DNA of 64,000 nt from a bacterium (GCA_965213625.1 CBDBZU010000004.1:1184001-1248000), one strand, 5' to 3'; positions 20,014-31,133 are shown, numbered from the stretch's first letter. Numbers and translations are program-made. The notes: generated from the letters alone by a model not told the origin.

Positions 20014-20164
20014 CCGCTACACTAGGTGAAGCGGTACCGTACACACCGGATCGGAAGAACGCCTTTCGCCTTGATTAGCCGGTCGAGTTGCCTGCGGTTT
20101 ACGGTCGCCGGACGAACAGCCCGAATACGTGGCTTCTCGGCCTTAACGCAAGAGGGAAGAGCCA

Positions 20165-22186
20165 TTGAGCGGCTGGCGGATCGGCGTGGACGTCGGAGGC
20201 ACCTTTACGGACATCGCTCTCGTGGAGGAGACGACGGGCCGTGTCGGCGTCTACAAGGTTCCCACGTCCGCCGGCGAGCCGGTTTCAGGCGTCTTGGAAG
20301 GCGTGCGGGAAGGGCTCCGGGGCGAAGGCCTGGACCCTGCGGACGTCGTCTACTTCGGCGCAGGCTCCACGCTTGCGGTCAACACCATCATCCAGCGCAC
20401 GGGAGTTCCTACCGGGCTATTGATAACGGAAGGTTTCCGGGACGTCCTGGAGATCCGCCGGACCCGGCTTCCCGACGCGCCCAGCTTTGAAGCGGCCAGA
20501 CCCGTGCCGCTGGCCCGCCGGGCGCATGTCCATGAGGTGAGAGAGCGCCTCGGTGCGGACGGTAGCGTCCTGCGTCCGCTCGATACGGATTCCGTTGTGC
20601 GGGGAGTCGAGGAACTCTTAGGCGCGGGCGTCTCGGCCGTGGCCGTCAGTTTTCTGCATTCCTACGTCAATCCGGTCCATGAACAAGAAGTCCGGGCGGT
20701 CATCGCCGAGCGCTGGCCGGATTTGTTCGTCTGCGCGTCGTGGGAGACGTGGCCCCAGCAGCGCGAATACGAGCGGACGCTGGTGTGCGTGATGAACGCC
20801 TACGTCGGTTCCACCATGCGCTCCTATTACGGAAAGCTCGAGGAAGGCCTGCGGGCGATGGGAATCGGCTGTCCGATCCTGATCACCCAGTCCAACGGCG
20901 GGACGGTCTCCATCAATGAGGCGGCGCGGATACCCGTGCGCACGATGCTCTCGGGGCCGGCTTCTGGGGTGATGGCAGCTGCGAAGTCCGCACGTGAATA
21001 CGGCGAGGCGAAGCTCTTCACCCTGGATATGGGAGGCACCAGCGCGGACATGTCCCTCATCGACGGCCAGCCCCGCGTCAGCGTGGAGAGCACGATAGGG
21101 GATTTCCCGCTTTTTCTTCCCGCCGTCGCCATCGAGACCATCGGCGCCGGAGGCGGATCGATTGCGTGGGTCGACCCTCACGGTGTCTTGAAGGTGGGGC
21201 CACGTTCGGCGGGGGCCGAACCGGGGCCTGCGTGCTACGGCCGCGGCGGCCGGGAGCCTACCGTTACGGACGCCTATCTCGTAACGGGTATCCTGGGCGA
21301 GAACGACCTGCTGGGCGGCCGGATGACGCTTTCCCGGGAACGAGCCGAAGACGCCATCGGCGGGCTGGGCGAAGCCCTGGGCGTGGGGACGGTCCGGGCG
21401 GCCGAAGCCGTCCTGCGGGTCGCAACGGCGAATATGGTCGCCTCGTTTCTGCCGATGATCGCGCGCTACGGCGTCGACCACCGCGAGTTCAGCCTCCAGG
21501 CCTTCGGGGGCGCCGGGCCCACGCATGCTTTCCTGCTGGCGGCCGAGGCGGGCATCCGGAAGCTCGTCATCCCTCCTGCGCCGGGGGCGATGTGCGCTGT
21601 GGGAGCGGCCGTGTCGGACGTCCAGATGGATTTTGTCCGCAGCGTCCGCACTGAATTGTCGGATGAGGAGGGAATGGAAGAGATGTTCGCGGAGATGGAG
21701 AAAACCGCACGGCGTTGGCTCTATGAGCAGGGTTTGGAGACCGACTCAGCGGAGTTCGAGCGGAGCGCGGATATGCGCTACAGGGGACAATCGTTCGAGA
21801 TCATGGTTGGACTTAACCGTAACGGGGATTCTCAAGAAGCCTTCCACCGCAGATATGAAGAGACCTTCGGCTACCGCGACACCGAGAGCGCGATCGAGGT
21901 GCTGCAGATCCGCATGCTCGCCAGGGCGCCGAATCGGATGGTAGGCGCTGCCTCCGCCTCCCGGACTGGCGAATCGGACGGGTTGGCGCCCGTGGAGACC
22001 CGCGAGGTGACGTATCAGGGGAGCAGGCTCGCCGTTCCCGTCTACCAAAGAGCCCGAATCCCCAGCGGTCTTAGGCTCTCGGGGCCTGCCGTACTTCTTC
22101 AGTACGACACGACCGTTTTCGTCACGCCCGGGTTCGATTTCCGGGTCGATGAGTCGGGCAACCTTCACGCGGAGGCGACAGGATGA
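20165..22186 (+). CDS. Hydantoinase A / 5-oxoprolinase family subunit
   Basis: IGVDVGGTFTD, SGPASGV, DMGGTSAD, TIGAGGGSIA, GPRSAGAEPGPACYGRGG, DMRYRGQSFE; TTG start after GAGGGA. Confidence 0.93.
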   Translation: MSGWRIGVDVGGTFTDIALVEETTGRVGVYKVPTSAGEPVSGVLEGVREGLRGEGLDPADVVYFGAGSTLAVNTIIQRTGVPTGLLITEGFRDVLEIRRTRLPDAPSFEAARPVPLARRAHVHEVRERLGADGSVLRPLDTDSVVRGVEELLGAGVSAVAVSFLHSYVNPVHEQEVRAVIAERWPDLFVCASWETWPQQREYERTLVCVMNAYVGSTMRSYYGKLEEGLRAMGIGCPILITQSNGGTVSINEAARIPVRTMLSGPASGVMAAAKSAREYGEAKLFTLDMGGTSADMSLIDGQPRVSVESTIGDFPLFLPAVAIETIGAGGGSIAWVDPHGVLKVGPRSAGAEPGPACYGRGGREPTVTDAYLVTGILGENDLLGGRMTLSRERAEDAIGGLGEALGVGTVRAAEAVLRVATANMVASFLPMIARYGVDHREFSLQAFGGAGPTHAFLLAAEAGIRKLVIPPAPGAMCAVGAAVSDVQMDFVRSVRTELSDEEGMEEMFAEMEKTARRWLYEQGLETDSAEFERSADMRYRGQSFEIMVGLNRNGDSQEAFHRRYEETFGYRDTESAIEVLQIRMLARAPNRMVGAASASRTGESDGLAPVETREVTYQGSRLAVPVYQRARIPSGLRLSGPAVLLQYDTTVFVTPGFDFRVDESGNLHAEATG

Positions 22187-24213
22187 ACGAAAACCCGGCG
22201 CCCCGAACGAACTCCGACCCCGTCCTCCTGGAAATACTTCGGTGCCAGTTTCAGGGGGTCGTGGAGGAGATGGGTGAATTGCTGACCCGCTGCGGCCATA
22301 CCGTATTCGTCAAGGAAACCCAGGATTTCATCGTCGCCCTGGTGACGCCCAAAGGAGAGGTGGCGGCCTGCTCCGTGGATATCGGGCTCTGGATAGGGGT
22401 CGGCCAGAATTTCAAGGCCGTGATCGACGCCGGGGGACCTTATCGTCCCGGCGACGTCTGGTTCACCAACGACCCGGAACAAAGCAGGGGCCTGGTCACC
22501 CATCTGCTCGACGTATTCTGCTGGCGTCCCATCTACCACGACGGCGAACTCGTCTGCTTCGCGGTCGCCTTCATCCATTGCACGGACGTTGGCGGGCTCG
22601 CGCCCGGGTCCATCGCGCCTTCCGCCGTCGACCAGCATCAGGAAGGCGTGGTCATTCCTGTGACCCGGCTCGTCGCCGAAGACGGAATGAGGGAAGACAT
22701 TTTGCGGATCTTCCTTCGGAACTGCCGGGTTCCGGACAAGAACCGGGGCGACGTACTGGCGATGCTCGGCGCGCTCAAGCGCGCGGAATTGCGCGTAACA
22801 GGTCTGGCCGGGAAGTACGGCGCGGTAGTGTTGAGGACGGCGCTCGACGACGTTCTGGATTACGCCGAGGCCCAGGCCCGCTCCCTGATACGAGAGGTTC
22901 CAGACGGAGACTACGAGTTCTGGGACTATCTCGAGGGGGATCTGATGCCCGAGGGCCGCCACGTCCGGATCCGCCTGACGCTGAGGATTCGGGGTGAGGA
23001 GATGATCCTCGACTTCGAGGGCACGGACCCGCAGGTGGCGGCGGCGTTCAACATTCCCTCCTACAGCACGGATGGTCACTACCTCCTGGTCATGGGCGTG
23101 GTCAACTTCATGCGGAGCGTCAAGCCGGACCTTGTGTACAACTCCGGGCTGGTCCGGCCCGTCGGAGTGAACGCGCCGCGGGGGTCGCTCCTCAATCCCG
23201 AGCCCGGTGCGCCCTGCGGAGCCCGGCAGGCCACGTTTTTCAAAGTGGCCGATATCGTTCTCGGCGCCTTGGCGCGCGCCTGGAGGGAGCGGATGCCCGC
23301 CGCGGGCTGTGGTCAGGGTTCCATCATGCTGGTGTCGGCGCCGGATTTTTCCACCGGGACGAACCTGGTGAGCACAGTCCAGCCCCTCGTGGGCGGGTCG
23401 GGGGCGCGGCCCTTCGACGACGGTACGGAAGGAGTCGATTTCACCACGGGCTTCTACCGGAACATCCCCACCGAGGTGCTGGAGTCGGAGATACCCGTCC
23501 TGGTCGAGCGCTACGGGCTCAAACCCGATTCCGGAGGAGCGGGGCGCTTGCGCGGCGGGAGTGGCCTGGACTATTCCCTTCGAATTCTTGTGCCCGGCGG
23601 GGTTGTGACGGCCCGGGGGCTGGAGCGGTTTCATTTTCAACCCTGGGGAAGGGAAGACGGCCTGCCGGGCGATACCGGGCGGGCGTTCCTGCAAGCCCCG
23701 GGCGAGGACCCGCGGCCGATTGAAAAGATAAACGTGCTCGATGTCCCGGCGGGCGGAATCGTCCACGTCCACTCGGCGGGTGGCGGCGGTTTCGGCCCGC
23801 CCTGGGAACGCGACCCCGCGCTGGTGCTGCGGGACGTCGAGGACGGGCTGGTCTCCGAAGAGTGCGCCGGGGAGGTCTATGGCGTGGTTATACGGGAGGG
23901 ACGCATCCTGGAAAAAGAAACCGCCGATCGTCGGCGAGCGCTCAGCGCCGAGGGCGGAGGCTCGCCCGCTCCGTTTTCTTTCGGTGCCGCCCGGGAGGCG
24001 TTCGAGCGACTTTGGCCGGATGAGTCGCAAGTGGCGATCAACCGGGCTACGGAGGGCATCCCCGCCGCCATACGGCAGCATGTCCGCTTCGAGGCGATGA
24101 GAGTCGTGGAGGCGAATCGCGCGGGAGCGGAGCCGGTCGATGAGCAATGGCTAAAGGCCAGGGTGAGCAAGATCATCGAAGGGATGAGCCCGCAGTCGAC
24201 GCATTCCGCCTGA
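22183..24213 (+). CDS. Hydantoinase B / oxoprolinase family subunit
   Basis: DPVLLEI, PGDVWFTNDP, HLLD, H.TDVGG..PGS, DSGGAGRLRGG, GGGGFGPP; ATGA overlap with the A subunit. Confidence 0.93.
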   Translation: MNENPAPRTNSDPVLLEILRCQFQGVVEEMGELLTRCGHTVFVKETQDFIVALVTPKGEVAACSVDIGLWIGVGQNFKAVIDAGGPYRPGDVWFTNDPEQSRGLVTHLLDVFCWRPIYHDGELVCFAVAFIHCTDVGGLAPGSIAPSAVDQHQEGVVIPVTRLVAEDGMREDILRIFLRNCRVPDKNRGDVLAMLGALKRAELRVTGLAGKYGAVVLRTALDDVLDYAEAQARSLIREVPDGDYEFWDYLEGDLMPEGRHVRIRLTLRIRGEEMILDFEGTDPQVAAAFNIPSYSTDGHYLLVMGVVNFMRSVKPDLVYNSGLVRPVGVNAPRGSLLNPEPGAPCGARQATFFKVADIVLGALARAWRERMPAAGCGQGSIMLVSAPDFSTGTNLVSTVQPLVGGSGARPFDDGTEGVDFTTGFYRNIPTEVLESEIPVLVERYGLKPDSGGAGRLRGGSGLDYSLRILVPGGVVTARGLERFHFQPWGREDGLPGDTGRAFLQAPGEDPRPIEKINVLDVPAGGIVHVHSAGGGGFGPPWERDPALVLRDVEDGLVSEECAGEVYGVVIREGRILEKETADRRRALSAEGGGSPAPFSFGAAREAFERLWPDESQVAINRATEGIPAAIRQHVRFEAMRVVEANRAGAEPVDEQWLKARVSKIIEGMSPQSTHSA

Positions 24214-24240
24214 AGAGGAAATCTCACACTCCCCGCCCCA

Positions 24241-24270
24241 TTGACACCTGCCTCCCCCCCGCATCATATT
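24241..24270 (+). promoter_or_regulatory. Candidate sigma-70 promoter of uvrA
   Basis: TTGACA (24241-24246), 18-bp spacer, CATATT (24265-24270). Confidence 0.45.
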
Positions 24271-24325
24271 GAGGGGTTATCGCTTCGTCAGTCGCCCGCA
24301 TTACCCATAGAGTTGTCACGAGGAA

Positions 24326-27220
24326 ATGAGTACCCAAATCGAAACGCCCCCCGCCGTATCCCTGATGGAAGATATCCGCATCGAGGGCGCGCGGGAACAC
24401 AACCTGAAAGACATCTCCCTCAAGCTCCCGAGGGAGCGCTTCATCGTCGTCACGGGCCCCAGCGGTTCGGGCAAGTCCTCTCTCGCGTTCGACACCATCT
24501 ACGCGGAAGGCCACCGCCGCTACGTGGAGAGCCTCTCCACCTACGCGCGGCAGTTCCTGGAGCGCGTGGACAAGCCCGACGTGGACTACATCGAGGGCAT
24601 CAGCCCCGCCATCGCCATCGAGCAGTACAACCCGGTGAACCATTCGCGCTCCACGGTGGGTACGGCGTCTGAGATTTACGACTATCTGAGGCTGCTCTTC
24701 GCGAAGGCCGGAAAAATCCATTGCCCCGACTGCGGGAGTGAGGTCGCGCCCGCCACGGTCGACGGCACGGTGGCGCTCTTGCTGAACACCCATGAGGGTT
24801 CGAGGGGGTTCGTTCTCTTCCCGATGGGGGAGGTTGATTCGGATGATTTGCAGGGGGAACTCGAATCCCTGATGGGGCAGGGCTACGTCCGGGTAATGGT
24901 GGACGATGAGATCGTGAACATCGGCCCTCCGCTTTTCGAGAGGCTGAAAGAAGAGGCTGAGCCGCCTCCCAAACCGAAGAAGCGGGGCCGTCCTCGCAAA
25001 AAAGAGCCTCGTGAAGAGAGGCCCGCCGTGCGGAATCATCATGCAATTCGCGTAGTGGTGGATCGCCTCAAGTTCTCCTCCAGAAACCGCGCGCGCCTGG
25101 GCGAATCGCTGGAGACCGCGTTTCGGGAAGGTGGCGGCGTCGCCGAGGTGCAGTTCGTGGACGGGCCGAGGCTTCGCTTCAGCCAGCGGCTCGAGTGCTG
25201 CGGCCACACCTTCGAAGAACCCGTTCCGCACACGTTCAGCTTCAACAATCCAAACGGCGCCTGTCAGGAGTGCGGCGGGTTCGGGAACACGCTCAGCTTC
25301 GATGAGTCCCTCATCATCCCCGAACCCAGGAAAACGCTCGCCCAGGGTGCGGTGGAGCCCTGGGCGCGGCCGCGCTACCGCCGTTATTTCGGCGAGCAGT
25401 TACAGGACGCCGTCAAGTCCGAGGGCCTCGACATCCACACCCCCTGGGCGGAGATGCCCGAAGACCAGAAGAAGATGGTGTTCGAGGGGGCTGGGTCGTT
25501 TCTGGGCGTGTACCGTTTCTTCGAGAGGCTCAAGCGCAGGAAATACAAGGTCTGGGTGCGCGTGATGATCAGGCGCTACCAGAGCCTGCAGAAATGCGCC
25601 TCCTGCGGGGGAACGCGCCTGCGCCCCGAGGCGCTCTGGATCAAGCTGGGCGATCGCACCATCGCCGATATTTGCGCCATGCCGGTGAGCGAGTTGCGCG
25701 AATACTTCGAGGCCCCGCCGCTCACGCCCGATCAGCATGCGCGCGCGAGCGACGTCTTGAAACAGGTGCGCGAGCGTCTCGATTTTCTGCACAAGGTGGG
25801 TCTCGAATATCTTACCCTGGACAGGGAGACCAGAACCCTGAGCGGGGGCGAGCACCAGCGGATCAATCTGGCGAACCAGTTGGGCGCGCACCTCACGGGC
25901 ACGCTCTACATTCTGGACGAGCCGACCATCGGCCTGCACCCCAGGGACAACGCCCGCTTGGTGAGCATCCTGAAAGACCTGGTCGATCGGGGGAACACGC
26001 TGCTCGTGGTCGAGCACGACCGCGACGTCATCGACGAGGCGGACCACGTGGTGGACCTGGGTCCCGGCGCGGGCGAGCGCGGGGGCGAGGTGGTTTTCTC
26101 AGGACCCAGAGAAGAGCTCGACCTGTGTGAACGGTCGGCGACGGCGAAGTTCCTGAGCGGCGAGCGAGAGATCAGTCCGCGCAAGATCAAGCGCGGGGAG
26201 AACGGGAGCTGCTCCTACCTCTCCCTGCTGGGCGCACAGGCGAACAATCTGAAAAAGGTGGACCTCCACGTTCCCCTGGGCCGTCTGGTGGCGGTCACCG
26301 GCGTCTCCGGCTCGGGGAAGAGCACACTGGTGCACGACACGCTCTATCCGGCGCTGGCGCGTATTCTCCACGACGGCAAAGGCGCCATCGGCCGCTTCGA
26401 GCGGATAGAGGGCTTCGAGGAGCTCGATTCGGTCGTCCTGCTCGACCAGAGCCCTATCGGCAAGAGCCCCCGCAGCAACCCCATCACCTACCTCAAGGCC
26501 TACGACGCGATCCGCCGCCTGTTCGCGGACACGCCGCTGGCGCGGAACATGGGCTATAGCCCCGGACATTTTTCGTTCAACACCACCGGGGGGCGGTGCG
26601 AGTCCTGCACCGGGAGCGGCATCCAGAAGATTGAGATGCACTTCATGGCCGACATCTTCATCCGCTGTCCCGATTGCGAGGGCAAACGCTTCAAGCCCCA
26701 GGCCATGGAAATCCAGTACAAGGGCAAGAACATCCACGACGTGCTGAACCTCACGGTGGACGAGGCGAGCCTCTTTTTCGATCACGTGCCCTCGGTGCTG
26801 AACAAGCTGCTCATCTTGAGGGACGTAGGACTCAACTACCTCCGGATCGGCCAGCCCGTGAACACGCTCTCAGGCGGCGAGGCGCAGCGCCTGAAGATAG
26901 CGGGCCAGCTGGCCGCCAAGCCGCCGAGAGACGTCATGTACCTATTGGATGAGCCGACCACGGGTCTGCACTTTCAGGACGTGGAGCGTCTGCTGAACGT
27001 GCTGACGCGCCTCGTGGGGCTGGGGAACACGGTGGTCGTCGTCGAGCATAATCTGGACGTCATCCGAAACGCCGAGTGGGTGATCGACTTAGGGCCCGAG
27101 GGAGGCGACAGGGGCGGTCGCATCGTCGCCGAGGGCACGCCCGAGGAGGTGGCGCAGAATCCCCGCTCGCACACGGGCGGGTTCTTGAGGAAGTATTTCG
27201 AAGAGGCGGTGGTGGGCTGA
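24326..27220 (+). CDS. uvrA: Excinuclease ABC subunit A
   Basis: GAREHNLK, two Walker A motifs ([18 protein letters not shown]), two LSGGE signatures, [18 protein letters not shown], CxxC zinc fingers. Confidence 0.96.
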   Translation: MSTQIETPPAVSLMEDIRIEGAREHNLKDISLKLPRERFIVVTGPSGSGKSSLAFDTIYAEGHRRYVESLSTYARQFLERVDKPDVDYIEGISPAIAIEQYNPVNHSRSTVGTASEIYDYLRLLFAKAGKIHCPDCGSEVAPATVDGTVALLLNTHEGSRGFVLFPMGEVDSDDLQGELESLMGQGYVRVMVDDEIVNIGPPLFERLKEEAEPPPKPKKRGRPRKKEPREERPAVRNHHAIRVVVDRLKFSSRNRARLGESLETAFREGGGVAEVQFVDGPRLRFSQRLECCGHTFEEPVPHTFSFNNPNGACQECGGFGNTLSFDESLIIPEPRKTLAQGAVEPWARPRYRRYFGEQLQDAVKSEGLDIHTPWAEMPEDQKKMVFEGAGSFLGVYRFFERLKRRKYKVWVRVMIRRYQSLQKCASCGGTRLRPEALWIKLGDRTIADICAMPVSELREYFEAPPLTPDQHARASDVLKQVRERLDFLHKVGLEYLTLDRETRTLSGGEHQRINLANQLGAHLTGTLYILDEPTIGLHPRDNARLVSILKDLVDRGNTLLVVEHDRDVIDEADHVVDLGPGAGERGGEVVFSGPREELDLCERSATAKFLSGEREISPRKIKRGENGSCSYLSLLGAQANNLKKVDLHVPLGRLVAVTGVSGSGKSTLVHDTLYPALARILHDGKGAIGRFERIEGFEELDSVVLLDQSPIGKSPRSNPITYLKAYDAIRRLFADTPLARNMGYSPGHFSFNTTGGRCESCTGSGIQKIEMHFMADIFIRCPDCEGKRFKPQAMEIQYKGKNIHDVLNLTVDEASLFFDHVPSVLNKLLILRDVGLNYLRIGQPVNTLSGGEAQRLKIAGQLAAKPPRDVMYLLDEPTTGLHFQDVERLLNVLTRLVGLGNTVVVVEHNLDVIRNAEWVIDLGPEGGDRGGRIVAEGTPEEVAQNPRSHTGGFLRKYFEEAVVG

Positions 27221-28405
27221 TCAACTTCCTGCGGCGCGTCACGCTTCGGCGCCTTGCGCTGGCCGCTTCGTTTCTCTTGCTCCTTTTGTTCGTGGCATCG
27301 CGTTTTTCTCCGAGCCTTCGCCACCCGGTGGATTCCCTCCTGATGGCGCAGGGGCTTATCGACGTGCGGAGTGGCGGCTGGCTCTCGCATCTCACGAAAA
27401 AGCCGGCAAGAACAGAGATTTCATTCGGTGGCATTTTCGCGGATTCCTATTCGCCGGGTGATTTCCTGGGCTGGGGCGATACGCCCGCGCGCGGATGCGT
27501 CGTCCTCGTCCACGGAATGACCACGATGGGCAAGGCGGATCATCGGCTGGTGGCGTTCGCGGAGTCGCTTGCGAGGTTAGGTTTCACGGCGCTCGTCCCC
27601 GATTTGCCCGGCATGAAACAGTTTCGCCCCGAGGAGGCGGACATTGCGCGCATCGCGAAGTCATTCTCGTGGATGACGCGGCGCGGCGCGGGTTCGTTCG
27701 ACAGGTGCAGTATCCTTGCGTTTTCCTTCGCCGCCGGCCCTGCCCTTCGCGCGGCGGCAAGTCCTGCGGTGGGCCAGAAGATGGGCGCGTTCATCGGCGT
27801 GGGTGCCTATTACGATCTTAAAAACGTGCTGAGACACCTCACCACGAGCGGCGGACAGAACCGGCCCGCCTTCCCCGGCGGGCTGCCCATCCGCCACGGA
27901 AAATGGCTCTTCCTGCGCTACAACTTGGAACTCCTGGGTCTGGAGGGCCACCGGGATCGGGTCGAGGCGGTCGTTTCGAGAAAGCGGAAAGACGAAGCGG
28001 CGGATATCGGTGATTTGCTCGCCGGCTTGCCCGAGGGTGCGCGCGCCATCATCGCCTTGATGGAGAACAACTCGCCCGAGCGCTTCGAGGCGCTTTATGC
28101 GCGGGGAGGAGCCGCACAGCGCGCACGTTTGCAGGGTTGGGGGATGCGCGACGTCGTTCCCGGGGTGAGGGGGGAAGGAATTTTTTCTGCACGGGCGTGA
28201 GGATCCCTTCATTCCGGCGTCCGAGAGCATCCTGCTGGCGAATCGTGCGCGGGAGACCTCAGGCGATGCGGCGTCGTCCTTCGTCTTCGGTGGTTTTCGT
28301 CACGTGGGCATCAAGGCGGACGTTTTTTCTCCAGCCCGGATTCTGGATGGCGCGCGTTTTTTGGGTTTTATATCCGCCGTCCTGAGCGCGATGGAAGAGA
28401 GGTGA
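27217..28405 (+). pseudogene. Membrane-anchored alpha/beta hydrolase, frameshifted in a G run near 28169-28174
   Basis: N-terminal TM segment, VLVHG, ALVPDLPG, AFSFAAG elbow; frame stops at 28200 but the +1 frame continues FLHGREDPFIPASES...GFRHV...SAMEER to TGA 28405. Confidence 0.7.
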
Positions 28406-28499
28406 GGAGTGGTGCGCGCCCGCCCTGTCCGCATGGCGCGGCGGTGGAGCGATGTAGTAGGCTACGGGCGATCTCACCTTATCTGAAGAGGGCGTCGGC

Positions 28500-28958
28500 A
28501 TGACCGATCAGAATACCATCACCCGGGTGGCGAACGCGCAGTGGATGGGGGATTTGCGCGCCCGTATACAGGCCCGCGATTGCCCCGAGTTCTCGAGCGA
28601 CGAACCCGTGGAGCGCGGCGGCCTGTTCGAGCATCCCACCCCCGCCGAGTATATGCTCGGCGCGCTGACGGGCTGCGGCGCGGCGCACGTGGAGTTGTTC
28701 GCAAACGAAGTCGGAATGCCGATCGATGATTGCGCGATCGAGGGTCGCCTCACCATGGAGCGCTTCTCTCCCGGCGACCCGCACGCGGAGAACGGGGGCG
28801 TCACCGGCGTGGAGCTCGATATCGAGGTCACCTCGGCGGGCTCTGCGGAGGAACTCGAGGAAGTGAAGGAGAAGTTTCGCGCGGGCTGCATCCTGTATCT
28901 GTTCATGAGTACGGCGACGCGCGTGGATGACAACTGGACGCTGAAGCGGCCCGGATAG
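28500..28958 (+). CDS. OsmC/Ohr family protein
   Basis: SDEP..RGG...PTPAEYMLGALTGC and a second Cys in AGCIL. Confidence 0.85.
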   Translation: MTDQNTITRVANAQWMGDLRARIQARDCPEFSSDEPVERGGLFEHPTPAEYMLGALTGCGAAHVELFANEVGMPIDDCAIEGRLTMERFSPGDPHAENGGVTGVELDIEVTSAGSAEELEEVKEKFRAGCILYLFMSTATRVDDNWTLKRPG

Positions 28959-28998
28959 CGGCCGTTCGGAAAATCTTTACGAACACCAGAAAGCGGTT

Positions 28999-29913
28999 AT
29001 GAACCTATCTACCCATGTCGTGGGCCTGCTGTTCGCCACCTCGGCGCTTCTGAGCTGGACGAGCCTGTCCTTTTGCGTACGACTGGCGATGAAGAACGCG
29101 CCGCTCCTGAGGACGACGGCATGCATGTCGACCTTGAACGGCGTCTTCGTCGCCGTTCTGATCTACTTCACCCTGCCGGTTTCGGCCTTTCAGCCCGGGA
29201 CGACGAGAACTTGGATCCTGCTGCCGGTCACCGCCTTTTTCATGATCACCATATCGCGGCTCACCTACTACTACGCCATCAGGCGCATCGGGCCGAGCCG
29301 CACCATTCCCATTGCGGCGAGCACGCCCGCCGTAACCGCGCTTCTGGCCACGATATTCCTGGGCGAGCCGTTCACGTTTCTCATCTTCCTGGGGCTTTTG
29401 TGCCTCATCCTGGGACTCAACATGGTGGTGCGCTCCGCACCTGCGCAGCCGAACCTCGAGATGGGCCACACGCGAAAGGACGTCGTCAAGGGATATATCT
29501 CGGCGGGCCTGACCACCCTGAACTGGAGCGTCTCGGGCGTCATGGTGCGGACCATCACGCTCGACATGAACGCGCTGGCCGCATCGGCGCTGCTCATCTG
29601 GATAGGACTTGCCTTCGCCTGGGTGCTGGCGGTCGGTTTCGCTCACAGGGAGACGGCGGAGAAAATCCCCCGGGCGAGCTGGAAGTGGATGCTCATCGCC
29701 GCCATCTGCCAGACGATAGCGGTGCCCTCGTTCAGCAACGCCATGGCGCGTACCTACGCGGTGGGCGTCACCTCCATCACGTCGGTTCAGCCGCTTCTGG
29801 TGATCATGGTTTCGCACCTGTTCCTGCGGGAGAGCGAGAACATCACGGGCAAGCTCGTCCTCGGCGCGGTGATGACGGTGGTGGGAACGGTCCTGATACT
29901 GATCCGCCTCTAG
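28999..29913 (+). CDS. DMT/EamA family transporter
   Basis: About 10 hydrophobic segments in two repeats; YYYAIRRIGPSR, FLGEP, LFLRE. Confidence 0.87.
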   Translation: MNLSTHVVGLLFATSALLSWTSLSFCVRLAMKNAPLLRTTACMSTLNGVFVAVLIYFTLPVSAFQPGTTRTWILLPVTAFFMITISRLTYYYAIRRIGPSRTIPIAASTPAVTALLATIFLGEPFTFLIFLGLLCLILGLNMVVRSAPAQPNLEMGHTRKDVVKGYISAGLTTLNWSVSGVMVRTITLDMNALAASALLIWIGLAFAWVLAVGFAHRETAEKIPRASWKWMLIAAICQTIAVPSFSNAMARTYAVGVTSITSVQPLLVIMVSHLFLRESENITGKLVLGAVMTVVGTVLILIRL

Positions 29914-31133
29914 GGTTTCTTGATCCGCTCCACGCTCTTTCGCGAGAAGACGGCCTCATGCCCGAAGCGCTCTCGTATCTCATCGAGGCTCTCCACCAGG
30001 CGCTCCTCCTTCTCCCTGTCCCGATCCTCGAACAGCAGCGGCTGCGCGCGGTCTTCATCCAGTCCTGAGAGATAGACCCCCAGCAGGCGGAATTTCCGGT
30101 TCCGGCCCTCTTTCGCGCAGGTGCGCCGCAGGAGATCGAGCGCGGGTTCGATGATTTCCTTATCGAGATGGGTGGGTTTATCGAGCGTGAACGAGCGCGT
30201 GAGCGTCGTGAAATCGGAAAACCGGATTTTGAGGGTGATGTGCCTGGCGCTGAGACCCTTGCGGCGCACGCGCGCGCTGGCCTCCTCGGCCAGGCCCGTG
30301 AGTATGGCTTCGAGCTTCGCGCGGTCGGCGGTATCTTCCGAGAAGGTGGTCTCCTTGCCGATGCTCTTGGGCCGACTGTCGAGTTCGAGTTCGGAATCAT
30401 CCAGCCCCCGCGCCTTGCGGTAGAGTTCGGGTCCGAGGTTCTTGAACTGTGCTTCTAAAAATGGCAACGATTGGTTGCCGAGATCGCCGATGGTCGTGAT
30501 GCCCAGGCGGTTCAGTTTCTGGACCATCACCTTGCCCACGCCGGGGATTTTGCTCACCTTGAGGGGACGCAGAAAGGCCGCCTCACCGCCCGGGTAGATG
30601 CGCAGTATGCCTGCGGGTTTCGAGAGGCCGGACGCGATTTTAGACACCAGGCGGCTCGACGCCAGCCCGATGGATGCCGAACAGTTCGTCTCGCGCAAAA
30701 CAGCTTCCCGAATCCTGGCCGCCGTTAGAAGTGGGGGGCCGTGCAGGCGTTCGGTGCCGCTCAATTCGAGATACGCCTCATCCACGGAAACGGCCTGCAC
30801 CGCGGGCGTGAAGTCCCCGAGTATACGCATCACACGCCTGGAGGCTTCGCCGTATTTTTTGTGATTCGCCTGGATGTAGACGGCTTGGGGGCACAACTCG
30901 CGGGCGCGTGTCATGGGCATGGCCGAGTGGACGCCGAAGGCTCTCGCCTCATAGGAAGCGGCTGAGACAACGCCGCGCCGCCCCACGCTGCCGCCCACGA
31001 TTACCGGCTGGTTATCGAGGTCGGGCCGGTCCATGCGCTCCACGGACACGAAAAAGGCGTCCATGTCCACGTGCGCGATGAGCCTGCTCTCGCGCTGCGA
31101 CTCCTGCGCCGGCTCTTCTGGGCGTTGCGTCAT
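29910..31133 (-). CDS. dinB: DNA polymerase IV (Y family)
   Basis: HVDMDAFFVSVE, AASYEARAFGVHSAMP, SVDEAYL, SKIAS..SKP.G, IPGVG, KSIGKETTF. Confidence 0.96.
   Translation of the reverse strand: MTQRPEEPAQESQRESRLIAHVDMDAFFVSVERMDRPDLDNQPVIVGGSVGRRGVVSAASYEARAFGVHSAMPMTRARELCPQAVYIQANHKKYGEASRRVMRILGDFTPAVQAVSVDEAYLELSGTERLHGPPLLTAARIREAVLRETNCSASIGLASSRLVSKIASGLSKPAGILRIYPGGEAAFLRPLKVSKIPGVGKVMVQKLNRLGITTIGDLGNQSLPFLEAQFKNLGPELYRKARGLDDSELELDSRPKSIGKETTFSEDTADRAKLEAILTGLAEEASARVRRKGLSARHITLKIRFSDFTTLTRSFTLDKPTHLDKEIIEPALDLLRRTCAKEGRNRKFRLLGVYLSGLDEDRAQPLLFEDRDREKEERLVESLDEIRERFGHEAVFSRKSVERIKKP

Noticed and set aside
22165-25231. Long minus-strand ORFs (660 aa and 335 aa)
   Set aside because: Shadow frames of hydantoinase B and uvrA, expected in high-GC coding DNA.
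29005-30068. Alternative-frame ORFs over the EamA gene
   Set aside because: Arg/His/Gly-rich off-frame translations with no domain signal.
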